A stretch of DNA of 38,245 nt, taken from sequence record DRR723986_9956, one strand, 5' to 3'. The notes beneath the pieces were generated by a model. The model ran no database searches. It was not told the origin of the DNA and saw only the letters and a list, made by a program, of their open reading frames with translations. Shown here one piece after another: positions 29,501 to 38,147 of the stretch (its first letter is position 1; the number at the start of each line of letters is the position of its first letter). A program made the translations under genes and the position numbers.

Positions 29501-30177
29501 TTCTTTTTCTCGCCAAAACCTACCACAACTACTTCTTCGAGAGCCTGTGCATCCTCATCCATCGTGATATCTACGATGGTCTGTGCACTGACAAGAATTC
29601 TTACAGTCTCATATCCAATAAATGAAAAAACCAGTGTATTACCTTCCTCAGTATTGATTTCGTACTTCCCATCTATGTCAGTGACTGTCCCGTTGGTAGT
29701 TCCTTCCACCAAAACCGTAACTCCAGGTAGCGGTATTGCCGAAGCATCACGCACTGTTCCTGTGATCACCATCCTCTCAGCATCCCTAATTGAGACATTT
29801 TTCCTGTTCCCATTAGAGTTTTTCCGTACATGAATATTGTCATTGACCTGAACAAAACTTAAATCAGTCTGCCTTGCCAATTCCTCCAGAATTTTATACA
29901 CACTTCGGCGAGAATCTGCTATTGATACCTTCTGGTCAATATCAATCATGGAAGAATTGTATGTAAATACAAAACCTGACTGTTTTTCAATTTTTTTGAA
30001 GAGAGTTTCCAAGGATGTATTCTGTACACCTACCTCCACTTGCACTTTTTCAATATTCTTTCGCTGGGCATTTCCGGTATTGGCGAGCAAGACCGTACAA
30101 AAAATCAATTGAAAAAGGAATCCATAAAGTATCCTTTTAGAAATCATAATGAGTTGTCCCCGTATATTATTTTCCAT
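26593..30177 (-). CDS. SusC/RagA TonB-dependent transducer with N-terminal STN domain
   Basis: STN '[19 protein letters not shown]', [10 protein letters not shown], '[31 protein letters not shown]', RRDGSSGF and C-terminal F. Confidence 0.96.
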   Translation of the reverse strand: [1194 protein letters not shown]

Positions 30178-30184
30178 ATTATTG
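30154..30184 (+). promoter_or_regulatory. Candidate antisense housekeeping promoter overlapping the right susC start codon
   Basis: TTG (30154-56), N20, TATTATTG (30177-84; one mismatch to TAnnTTTG), pointing away from susC toward a plus-strand terminator. Confidence 0.45.
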
Positions 30185-30186
30185 TT

Positions 30187-30300
30187 ATTGGTTTAAGTTA
30201 TTAATCGCTTGAGCTTTTGCCTGAAATGGTTAGCGCTACTACAGGCAATCTGAATGAAGGCAGTTAGAAATTCTCCCCAGAGTCTCTACTGCCTTTTTTT
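30187..30300 (+). ncRNA. Candidate cis-antisense sRNA of the right PUL (donS-like, about 110 nt)
   Basis: Bounded by the candidate promoter and a plus-strand terminator, with internal hairpin TTGCCTG (30217-23) / CAGGCAA (30242-48). Lies between anti-sigma and susC, as described for Bacteroides PUL antisense sRNAs. Confidence 0.55.
30257..30300 (+). terminator. Intrinsic terminator oriented antisense to the PUL
   Basis: AAGGCAGT-T-AGA-AA-TTCT-CCCC-AGAG-TC-TCT-ACTGCC followed by T7 on the plus strand, although all neighbouring genes are on the minus strand. Confidence 0.75.
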
Positions 30301-30341
30301 AGGGTCCATTTGAATGTGCCATGTACTTTTTTGGTTTTGGG

Positions 30342-31388
30342 TTAGTTATATATATCGACTTTCTTTCCTTCTATTTTGAACTTTATATTAGAAGTCAGCT
30401 GAATTCCTTTTAGCACATTATGCAAGTTTTCGTCATGATATTCACCGGTATACGACCAGTCGTTTCTGAATTCACCATGAACGGAGATCTCTATTCCATA
30501 CCAGCTTTCCAGCTTTCTTTTCACCGTAGGAAAATCACTGCTTCTAAAAATTAAGTTATTATCCTTCCAGCCGGTAATCTCCAATGAATCAAATGGAGAT
30601 TTGAAAAACTCACCTTTTTCGTCCATTACTAGCATTTCGGAGGGTGCAAGCATTACTTGGTTCCCTACAGTATCATTGACCTTTACTTTGCCACTGACCA
30701 GTGCCACTGAGAGATGATTTTCTTGAGAATGGTTGACATTAAAACTTGTTCCAAGTACCTCAACTTTGGCGTTACCAAGCTCGACAATGAAAGGACGATC
30801 CTCCTTTTCCACTTCAAAAAATGCCTCACCTGTCAAATAAATTGTTCGTAACGTATCAGAAAATGAAGCAGGGTACTTGATTTCTGAATTTGAGTTCAAG
30901 TAAATTTTTGTTCCGTCTGAAAGCCCGACAAGCGTTTTTTTACCACTTGCTACTTTCTTAGTGATCCATTCTGTCTGCAGAGCTGAATGCTGAGAATAAT
31001 CTGAAGCTTCATAAATAACCCATGAAAAAAAACAAACTAAGAAAATGGCCGCCACCCGGCGTACTGAAAAAAAAGAGTACCACTTCCCCTGTTTAGGATT
31101 AGGTAACTCCTGGTCTTTTGCACCTAATTCCATCTTGATAATACTCTCATATATTTCTATATAATCTTCATTGGTAAAGTCCATTTGCTTTTGATAATGA
31201 ACCGAACGAATGAATTCCGCTGCTTCTTTGACCATTTCTCTTTTTTGAGGATTGGCATCTAACCACTTGTCCCAAAAATGAATCGTATTTTCATCAGGTG
31301 ATTTCACCCACTCTACGAAATATTCGTCCGCCACAAAATCCTGGAACCCGTAGTCAACAAACTTCTTATATATGTTGCTTCTAGACAT
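30342..31388 (-). CDS. FecR-family anti-sigma factor
   Basis: N-terminal 'DFVADEYFVEWV..P.....FW..WL..NP', TM RRVAAIFLVCFF, LSDGTKIYLNSNS, GEAFFEV, VLGTSFNV and LESWYGI. Confidence 0.94.
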   Translation of the reverse strand: MSRSNIYKKFVDYGFQDFVADEYFVEWVKSPDENTIHFWDKWLDANPQKREMVKEAAEFIRSVHYQKQMDFTNEDYIEIYESIIKMELGAKDQELPNPKQGKWYSFFSVRRVAAIFLVCFFSWVIYEASDYSQHSALQTEWITKKVASGKKTLVGLSDGTKIYLNSNSEIKYPASFSDTLRTIYLTGEAFFEVEKEDRPFIVELGNAKVEVLGTSFNVNHSQENHLSVALVSGKVKVNDTVGNQVMLAPSEMLVMDEKGEFFKSPFDSLEITGWKDNNLIFRSSDFPTVKRKLESWYGIEISVHGEFRNDWSYTGEYHDENLHNVLKGIQLTSNIKFKIEGKKVDIYN

Positions 31389-31392
31389 TCTA

Positions 31393-32028
31393 TTAAAAAC
31401 TCGTTGGTTTGATTATTTCCTTCAATGACGCCAATGCTCTGTAGATGAGCTTTCTGGCTGATTTGACTTCGCTGAAATTCATGATTGATGCGATTTCTTT
31501 ATAGCTGAGCTCATCCTCATAAAACAGTAAGAGCGCCTTTCTTTGCTTTGAAGTCAATTTGTTGAGACCTTTCTGTAGCTTTTCCTTTTGCTCTTGCGCA
31601 GCTTCATTTCTGATCATGCTTGTTTCTACAGATACTTCTATCTGGAAACTATTCTCCAAATACTCCTCGTCAAATCCTTTAGGTCTCAAGTCATTTTTTA
31701 ACTTTCTGAGTATCTCCCGCTGTATAGAACGGAATAGATATCCTTTTATATTAGTCACCTCGTTTAGCTCCCCTCTCTTCTTTCTGAGGTAGATAAAAAG
31801 ATTTTGAATACAGTCCTTGACTACATCAGAATCGCTGGTAAACTGGCCTCCATACTGGTAAAGATCCTGTATGTAGGTTCTATAAATAAAATTAAAAGCC
31901 ATTTCATCACCTCTATTAAATGCATTCCAGATCTCACCATCGGTTTTTCTCTCAAAAATCCGAATGGTCTCTAGATGCTTAATGGGAATAAAAATGGAAT
32001 CAGGCTTAATTTTTGGGTTATTGCTCAT
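31393..32028 (-). CDS. ECF sigma-70 factor
   Basis: 'W..F..GD..AF..IY..Y...LY.YG...VKDCIQNLF' and region 4 'LTSKQRKALLLFY...LSYKEIASIM...SARKLIYRAL'. 4 nt from fecR. Confidence 0.94.
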   Translation of the reverse strand: MSNNPKIKPDSIFIPIKHLETIRIFERKTDGEIWNAFNRGDEMAFNFIYRTYIQDLYQYGGQFTSDSDVVKDCIQNLFIYLRKKRGELNEVTNIKGYLFRSIQREILRKLKNDLRPKGFDEEYLENSFQIEVSVETSMIRNEAAQEQKEKLQKGLNKLTSKQRKALLLFYEDELSYKEIASIMNFSEVKSARKLIYRALASLKEIIKPTSF

Positions 32029-32062
32029 TTAAAATTGGTATTCCTTATCCTTCCTGAAATTA

Positions 32063-32090
32063 AGAGGAAGTATTTACCCCAAATGACCCC
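32063..32090 (-). promoter_or_regulatory. Candidate autoregulated ECF promoter upstream of the right sigma gene
   Basis: Minus strand GGGGTCA-N14-TTCCTCT about 35 nt upstream of the ATG, a G-rich block in an AT-rich spacer. Assignment is inference. Confidence 0.3.
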
Positions 32091-32181
32091 ATAATATTCT
32101 AAAAAATATTAAAAAAACAGAGATTCTATAAATTCTCTCAAAATCGATGCGTTAAAAAAGCTTCCTATTTAGCTCAACTGG

Positions 32182-32218
32182 AAAAGAAAAAACCAATGAG
32201 TTTGCACCCATTGGTTTT
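32182..32218 (-). terminator. Intrinsic terminator after the dehydrogenase pair (possibly bidirectional)
   Basis: Minus strand AAAACCAATGGGT-GCAA-ACTCATTGGTTTT followed by TTCTTTT, with a GNRA loop. Confidence 0.85.
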
Positions 32219-32245
32219 ATATAAAATCATATTCCTATTTATGGA

Positions 32246-32953
32246 TTAGCCTATGATATTTCCTTCATCATCCCATTGAATAATGGTACCACGATCTTCT
32301 GGCTTTAGGTATTGCGGAATATACTTTTCTTCCAACTTAACACCGTGCTTATCCATCACTTCCTGAGGCACACCGTCCCAGGCATTTGGAGTATTTCCTA
32401 CATAACCCATGTATTTCCAACCCTCAGGGGTAGAGAAATATCCTGAGCAAGTAAGGTTTCGAAGCATATTGAACCAACGAACTCCTCCTTCATATTCAGG
32501 CTTTGCACTGTCTGGCCATGCCACTTCATCTACAATTGTAATGACTTCTGATTCACTTAGCTCATTAAATGACTTACCGAATTTCTCGTCAGCTTCAAAA
32601 TCCAGCCACATCAGACCACCTCGCATGCGTGTTTGGTTGCCAGGCTGATCTTTCATCATGAACTCCATGAAGTCCACTACTCCCACTTCTGTAGCAGCAG
32701 GAGATTCATCATCCTTCGGCATAATTATATCGACTAGCGTGCTTAGCTTCTTGCGCTCATCTTCAGTGAAAAAAGTTTCAGATAGTAACTCTTGATCACG
32801 TTGCTTTTCTTCAGCTGTTCTTCCTCCTATGGTCCCACCAGCCAATAATGCATTTTCTGGGATTGCTTTCTCCTCAGGTGAACACCCTGCCAATAATAAA
32901 CCTGTACCGACAGAGCCGGTAAAGAGTAATTTAAGGTTTTCTCTTCTGTTCAT
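32246..32953 (-). CDS. Gluconate 2-dehydrogenase subunit 3 family protein, Tat lipoprotein
   Basis: MNRRENLK plus LLAG|C, and 'FFT..E...L..L.DII.P.D..SPAA.E.GV..F...RGGLMWLD...F...RNLT..GYFS..EG...MGY.GN'. 3 nt from the GMC gene. Confidence 0.9.
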   Translation of the reverse strand: MNRRENLKLLFTGSVGTGLLLAGCSPEEKAIPENALLAGGTIGGRTAEEKQRDQELLSETFFTEDERKKLSTLVDIIMPKDDESPAATEVGVVDFMEFMMKDQPGNQTRMRGGLMWLDFEADEKFGKSFNELSESEVITIVDEVAWPDSAKPEYEGGVRWFNMLRNLTCSGYFSTPEGWKYMGYVGNTPNAWDGVPQEVMDKHGVKLEEKYIPQYLKPEDRGTIIQWDDEGNIIG

Positions 32954-32956
32954 GGT

Positions 32957-34699
32957 TTAGATATTTTTCTTTTTCAATTCACCTACTATATAATCGGAAG
33001 TTCTCCAAGCAAGAGCCAAAATGGTCCAGGTTGGGTTTTTATCTGCCTGAGACACAAACGGCCCAGCATCTACTACAAATAGGTTATCACAATCATGCGC
33101 CTGACAATTGGAATTCAGAACTGATGTGGCTGCATCATTGCCCATTCGGGTAGTACCTACTTCGTGTATAATTCTCCCTGGTACCAAAAGACCGTATTTA
33201 GTCTCTGGACCTGGCTTAGAGCCAAGTAGAATCCCACCTGCTTCAGTCAAGATTTCTTCAAACGTATCATGCATATGTTTTGCTTGCTTCACTTCCTGAT
33301 CTGTCCAGTTGTAATTAAATCTAAGAACAGGAATACCATATTTATCTACCGTATTTGGATCTATCTCACAGTAATTATCATACATAGGTACACTTTCTCC
33401 TCTGCCTGACATACCCATAGTAGAACCGTAGATTTTTCGGATGTCCTTCTTCAACCCAACACCATAGCCACCGTTGGGACTTGGTTCACCAAATTCGTCC
33501 TTGATGTATTTTCTCATCGAATCCATACTTCCACCGGTTCCGTAGGCTGGTTGGCCCATTCCGCCCCAGTATTCAATATGGTATCCTCTTGCAAAATCCA
33601 ATTTCTTATTGTCTCCCCACCAAGGTGTATACATGTGTAATCCGCCTACACCGTCTTCGTTATAGCGTTGACGATCCATCATACTTGGGACAATCGCCAT
33701 ACGGTCAGTGCCAGTGGAATCATGCAGGTATCTACCTACCATTCCTGAGCTATTGCCTATCCCATCAGGATGGGATTTTGATTTGGAATTCATCATGATT
33801 CGCGCAGATTCACATGCTGAAGCCCCAAGTACGACTACTCTTGATTTCAGTTTGTATTCCTTCATGTCTTCTTTGCTCACAAAAGATACCCCAGTTGCTT
33901 TCCCGCTTTCGTCTGTGGTTACTTTTCTAACCATGGAATGCGTGTAAAGGTCAACTTTACCTTTTTTCATTGCAGGATGAACCAAGCAAGTGCCCGCAGA
34001 AAAATCTGCATGAACTTGGCAAGCTCGATTACACTGACTACAGAAAAAACAAACTCCTCTTTCTTTACTGATAGGACGCGTAAGCATTGATAGTCGGGAA
34101 GGAATCATTGGGATCCCAACTTTATCTGCTCCTTTTTTCATGTAAAGTTCATGTAGTCTTGGTTTAGGAGGTGGAAGAAAAAAGCCATCCGGCTCATTAT
34201 ATATCCCCTCTTTGGTACCAAAAACACCAATCAGCTTATCTACTTTATCATAATACGGCTTAAGATCATCATAACCTATTGGCCAATCGTGACCTAGTCC
34301 ATCAATACTGGCACGTTTGAAATCATTTGGTCCAAAGCGCAAAGAAATCCTTCCCCAGTGGTTAGTTCTTCCTCCTACCATTCTAGATCTGAACCAATCG
34401 AACTCAGTTCCATTTTTTCGAGTGTAAGGTTCTCCATCGATATCCCAACCACCGATCGCTGCATCAAAATCGCCAAAAGGACGAATTCGAGTACCTGCGC
34501 CTCTTCTTGGAGATTCCCAAGGTGGTCTTAACTGCGTACGATCTTCCTCTTTTGCTGGATCAAAGTCACCTCCTGCTTCCACAACGGCTACAGATAATCC
34601 TGCTTCGGAAAGAATTTTAGAGGCCATTCCGCCTCCAGCTCCAGAACCCACAATAATTACGTCGTAGGCTTCACCGGAATTTTTGATTTGAAAACTCAT
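32957..34699 (-). CDS. GMC-family FAD oxidoreductase (sugar/glycoside dehydrogenase large subunit)
   Basis: GSGAGG FAD-binding motif, GGRTNHWGR, Cys cluster CFFCSQCNRAC, IIHEVGTTRMG and KNPTWTILAL. No signal peptide. Confidence 0.93.
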   Translation of the reverse strand: MSFQIKNSGEAYDVIIVGSGAGGGMASKILSEAGLSVAVVEAGGDFDPAKEEDRTQLRPPWESPRRGAGTRIRPFGDFDAAIGGWDIDGEPYTRKNGTEFDWFRSRMVGGRTNHWGRISLRFGPNDFKRASIDGLGHDWPIGYDDLKPYYDKVDKLIGVFGTKEGIYNEPDGFFLPPPKPRLHELYMKKGADKVGIPMIPSRLSMLTRPISKERGVCFFCSQCNRACQVHADFSAGTCLVHPAMKKGKVDLYTHSMVRKVTTDESGKATGVSFVSKEDMKEYKLKSRVVVLGASACESARIMMNSKSKSHPDGIGNSSGMVGRYLHDSTGTDRMAIVPSMMDRQRYNEDGVGGLHMYTPWWGDNKKLDFARGYHIEYWGGMGQPAYGTGGSMDSMRKYIKDEFGEPSPNGGYGVGLKKDIRKIYGSTMGMSGRGESVPMYDNYCEIDPNTVDKYGIPVLRFNYNWTDQEVKQAKHMHDTFEEILTEAGGILLGSKPGPETKYGLLVPGRIIHEVGTTRMGNDAATSVLNSNCQAHDCDNLFVVDAGPFVSQADKNPTWTILALAWRTSDYIVGELKKKNI

Positions 34700-35101
34700 T
34701 AGATAGAATTTACTTTATTGATCTGATTCAACTTATAGAAAGAGAAGTCTTTTAACCGAAATCCTTCAACCCAGCCCTTTCATTCTTAAATTAACAAAAA
34801 TATTTCCTTACAAACTTTGCGTTTTTGATATTCCGCCTACCTCCAGAAAAATAATCCCGCGGATTTAGCAAGTATTTTTCGAAAAAATCAGACTATTAAT
34901 ACCTGATAATCAACTAGTAATGGACTTAAAATAGCTAATACTAGGCTTTAAGATTACTTTAGAAACTTCTTCGATTTTTTTATAAATGAGAATTCACCCT
35001 TTTAAAAATTTTTAGTTTTATCAAATTCACAAATTCGGGCCGATTATTATTTAAATGGCTATTCAAATAAATATGTTTAGTACAATTTTGTCGCTTTAAT
35101 A

Positions 35102-37579
35102 ATGGGTAGCATTTCAATGAACAAATTATCATTTCTAATTTTTCTTATCCTCCTAAGCAAACCTTCTTTTTCTCAAACTGGAGTTAAGGGAAGGCTTATA
35201 GATCAATCGGAAAACAATCCGCTGGAATATGCCAGTGTAGCGATTCACCAAAGCAAAGATAGTACACTGGTCGCTGGCGTAGTGTCTGACCAAGACGGGA
35301 CATTCACTATAAACAACTTGAAACCAGGTAATTACTATCTACAGGCTCAATTTTTAGGGTATGACACCAAAGTAATTCCAGAAATCACTTTATTGAAAAA
35401 TCAAATTCAGGATCTAGGAAACATATTTCTTAGCCCCGATCAGCAATTACTCGCTGAGGTAGAAGTTTCTGGAAGAAAATTCACTACGATGAATCAAGTG
35501 GATCGTCAAGTTTATAACTCAGACAATTTTCTCACCAGCCAAGGAGGAACTGCGTCTGACGTTTTGAGAAACCTCCCTTCGGTAAGCATAAATGCACAAG
35601 GCGAAATATCTGTAAGAGGCACCACTGGATTTGTGGTAATGATCAATGGTAAACCCACCCAATCAAGTCCTGAAACGCTCCTTTCTCAACTTCCTGCAAA
35701 TGCAGTTGAAAAAATAGAATTGGTCACCTCTCCTTCCGCCAAATATGACCCGGAAGGAAAAGCTGGCATTATCAATATCATTACCAAAAAAGGTTTGACC
35801 GACGGTACCTTTGTGCAGGTCAATACCAAAATCGGTGCGCCAAGTATTGAACCTTATGATAACAAAGACAAGCCGCAGCGCTATGGTGCCGATTTCACTA
35901 TTAACCATAAAAAAGGCAAATGGGACCTTTCTCTCGGAGGAAGCTTTCAGAGGAATGATATCAATGGAAGACGTGAAGGTAATGTCTATACGATAAGCGG
36001 GGATACCACTACTTATTTCCCTTCAGATGGAGAAAGAAGCACAGATGCAAAAACCTACGCTGGAAGATTCACGCTAGGATTTACCCCTAATGAATCAAAT
36101 GATTTCAGCATAGGATTTTATGCAGGTAAAAAGACCGCTGACCGAACAGCCGATATACTTTATTACGATAATCATGCGGAGGTCAATGGAGAGCGATTGT
36201 ATACGTTGCAGTATTACAATGAAAACTTGAGAATCCGACGAGGTGATTTCGTATTAGGAAGCCTAGATTACAAGCATACCTTCCAAAATAAATCTCAAAT
36301 CTCAGGCTCTTTCCTTTACGAGTATACCATGCTAGGAGGCCCGACTATCAACCGCAATCTAGGCTATCCCGACACAAGTATTATATATCAAGACGAATAT
36401 AACACGAACGACAACCCGCTCCATGGGACACGCCTTCAAATTGATTACAAAGCAGCGCCAAATGACTTTGGAACACTGGAATTTGGATATCAATACAGGT
36501 ATCTAAATCATACCGGAGACTTTGTCTATGAGCGGAAAAACAATGAAACCGGTGAATTTGAATTGGTTCCTGAGTTCTCGAGTACGGTTGATTTGAATAG
36601 AATTCTGCATTCTGCGTATGGGCAATTATCAGAAACTAAAGGCAAATGGAGCTATGCGGCTGGCGCAAGGGTGGAAATCATGGATAGGACATTAGACTTG
36701 ACAGACAAAGCAGGTACAGTGGATACGACATATCTGTATGACTTTGTCAAGCTGTATCCGTCTGCGAGTTTGCAATATTCTATCAATGAGGAATTGCAGC
36801 TAAAAACCTCCTATTCCAAGCGAGTTGAGAGAACGACTACTTTCAAGATGAATCCATTTCCAGAGAGGGAGCATTCCGAAACACTAGAGCAAGGTGATCC
36901 TACCCTTTTGCCGGAGTTTATTGACTTGGTTGAAATAGGTATTGTTAAAAACTTCGGTAGCAATTCTCTTACGGCTACCTCCTATTTCAGGAATGTCCAA
37001 AACTTGGTAAACCGTGTCAACACTGTATATAATGACAGCATTTTGAATAGGATTTATACAAATGTAGGTACTGGAAAATCAATTGGATTGGAAGTAGGAT
37101 TGGAATTAAACCCTACCGATTGGTGGCAGATTTTCGCTGGTGCAAATGTGTACCATTATTCCATTCAAGGGGAATTTGACAATCAGCCAATCGACTCTGA
37201 AAGCTGGATATACTCTATCAATGCTAACTCCAGCTTTAGTTTCGGAAAGAACTGGGAAGCTCAATTAGCTGTGAATTACCTTTCCCCTACCAACACTGCG
37301 CAAGGAGAAGATTCAAGATTTCTGTCTCCCAATTTGAACATCAAAAAAACCTTCTTGGATGGTAGACTCAGCGCAACCATGCAGTGGCAAAATATCGATA
37401 TGGGACTACTTCCCACTAACGAGCAACGAATCACCACATGGCGAGAGGGTGAATTTTACACCACGACAAATTATGTCTATGAGGTGGATGTGATACAGTT
37501 CAATATCAGTTATACGTTCAATAAACTGAAAAACAATTCAAAGTTCATCAAGAGTGAATTTGGTGAAAAGGAATTTTAG
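35102..37579 (+). CDS. TonB-dependent receptor (non-SusC type); start may be MNKLSF at 35117
   Basis: Sec signal (SFS|Q), carboxypeptidase-regulatory-like domain, plug 'DVLRNLPSV...IEKIELVTSPSAKYDPEG.AGIINIITKK'-like segment, and a beta-barrel. Confidence 0.92.
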   Translation: MGSISMNKLSFLIFLILLSKPSFSQTGVKGRLIDQSENNPLEYASVAIHQSKDSTLVAGVVSDQDGTFTINNLKPGNYYLQAQFLGYDTKVIPEITLLKNQIQDLGNIFLSPDQQLLAEVEVSGRKFTTMNQVDRQVYNSDNFLTSQGGTASDVLRNLPSVSINAQGEISVRGTTGFVVMINGKPTQSSPETLLSQLPANAVEKIELVTSPSAKYDPEGKAGIINIITKKGLTDGTFVQVNTKIGAPSIEPYDNKDKPQRYGADFTINHKKGKWDLSLGGSFQRNDINGRREGNVYTISGDTTTYFPSDGERSTDAKTYAGRFTLGFTPNESNDFSIGFYAGKKTADRTADILYYDNHAEVNGERLYTLQYYNENLRIRRGDFVLGSLDYKHTFQNKSQISGSFLYEYTMLGGPTINRNLGYPDTSIIYQDEYNTNDNPLHGTRLQIDYKAAPNDFGTLEFGYQYRYLNHTGDFVYERKNNETGEFELVPEFSSTVDLNRILHSAYGQLSETKGKWSYAAGARVEIMDRTLDLTDKAGTVDTTYLYDFVKLYPSASLQYSINEELQLKTSYSKRVERTTTFKMNPFPEREHSETLEQGDPTLLPEFIDLVEIGIVKNFGSNSLTATSYFRNVQNLVNRVNTVYNDSILNRIYTNVGTGKSIGLEVGLELNPTDWWQIFAGANVYHYSIQGEFDNQPIDSESWIYSINANSSFSFGKNWEAQLAVNYLSPTNTAQGEDSRFLSPNLNIKKTFLDGRLSATMQWQNIDMGLLPTNEQRITTWREGEFYTTTNYVYEVDVIQFNISYTFNKLKNNSKFIKSEFGEKEF

Positions 37580-37663
37580 GAGGTGATAATTCCTGGTTGA
37601 AAAGTAGCGTTTAACTATACTATTGCGTCTTTTTAATATCGCTGCCATAACCATAATTGATCT

Positions 37664-38053
37664 ATGAGAAATATATTCTCCCTCTTTTTAGCAATTTCTT
37701 TTTTTACTTCCTGCACTGATGATTCTGATTTTGAAAACCCAGAAGGTGTGCATATTCGCGTAGAGAACAGTTCTAGATTAGATTTTAAGGAAATCCTGAT
37801 TAGCTCTGGATCTGAGCCAGTTGAATTTGGTGATGTCAAAGCTGGAAAAAAATCAGATTTCAAAGAGTTTGAGTCTGCCTATAGATATGGCTTTGTGAGT
37901 TTGATGGCAGATGGGGAGGAATTGAGAATTCAACCTTTCGATTATGTGGGAGAAACCCCTCTTTCAAAAGGTTATTACACCTATAAACTAGGGGTGGATG
38001 AATCTGACCCAGAAAATCTGAGACTGACTTTGGAGCTTTTGATCGTCAATTAA
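37664..38053 (+). CDS. Hypothetical lipoprotein (129 aa, beta-rich)
   Basis: Lipobox FFTS|C followed by acidic TDDSDFE. Cys-anchored small domain with 'QPFDYVGE'. Confidence 0.8.
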   Translation: MRNIFSLFLAISFFTSCTDDSDFENPEGVHIRVENSSRLDFKEILISSGSEPVEFGDVKAGKKSDFKEFESAYRYGFVSLMADGEELRIQPFDYVGETPLSKGYYTYKLGVDESDPENLRLTLELLIVN

Positions 38054-38147
38054 GGCTATCTAACTCATATTCAAGGCTATTGGAAAGCCAGTGAAAAACG
38101 TATCAAAATTTTATCAGTTTTTTTTCAATTTCATTTGTTCAAAAGTG

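Noticed and set aside
4773-35996. Remaining short (<135 aa) ORFs nested in or antisense to large genes
   Set aside because: Typical shadow or alternate-frame ORFs without signals or motifs.
37633-37863. 76-aa minus-strand ORF
   Set aside because: Antisense to the lipoprotein, which has a clear lipobox.
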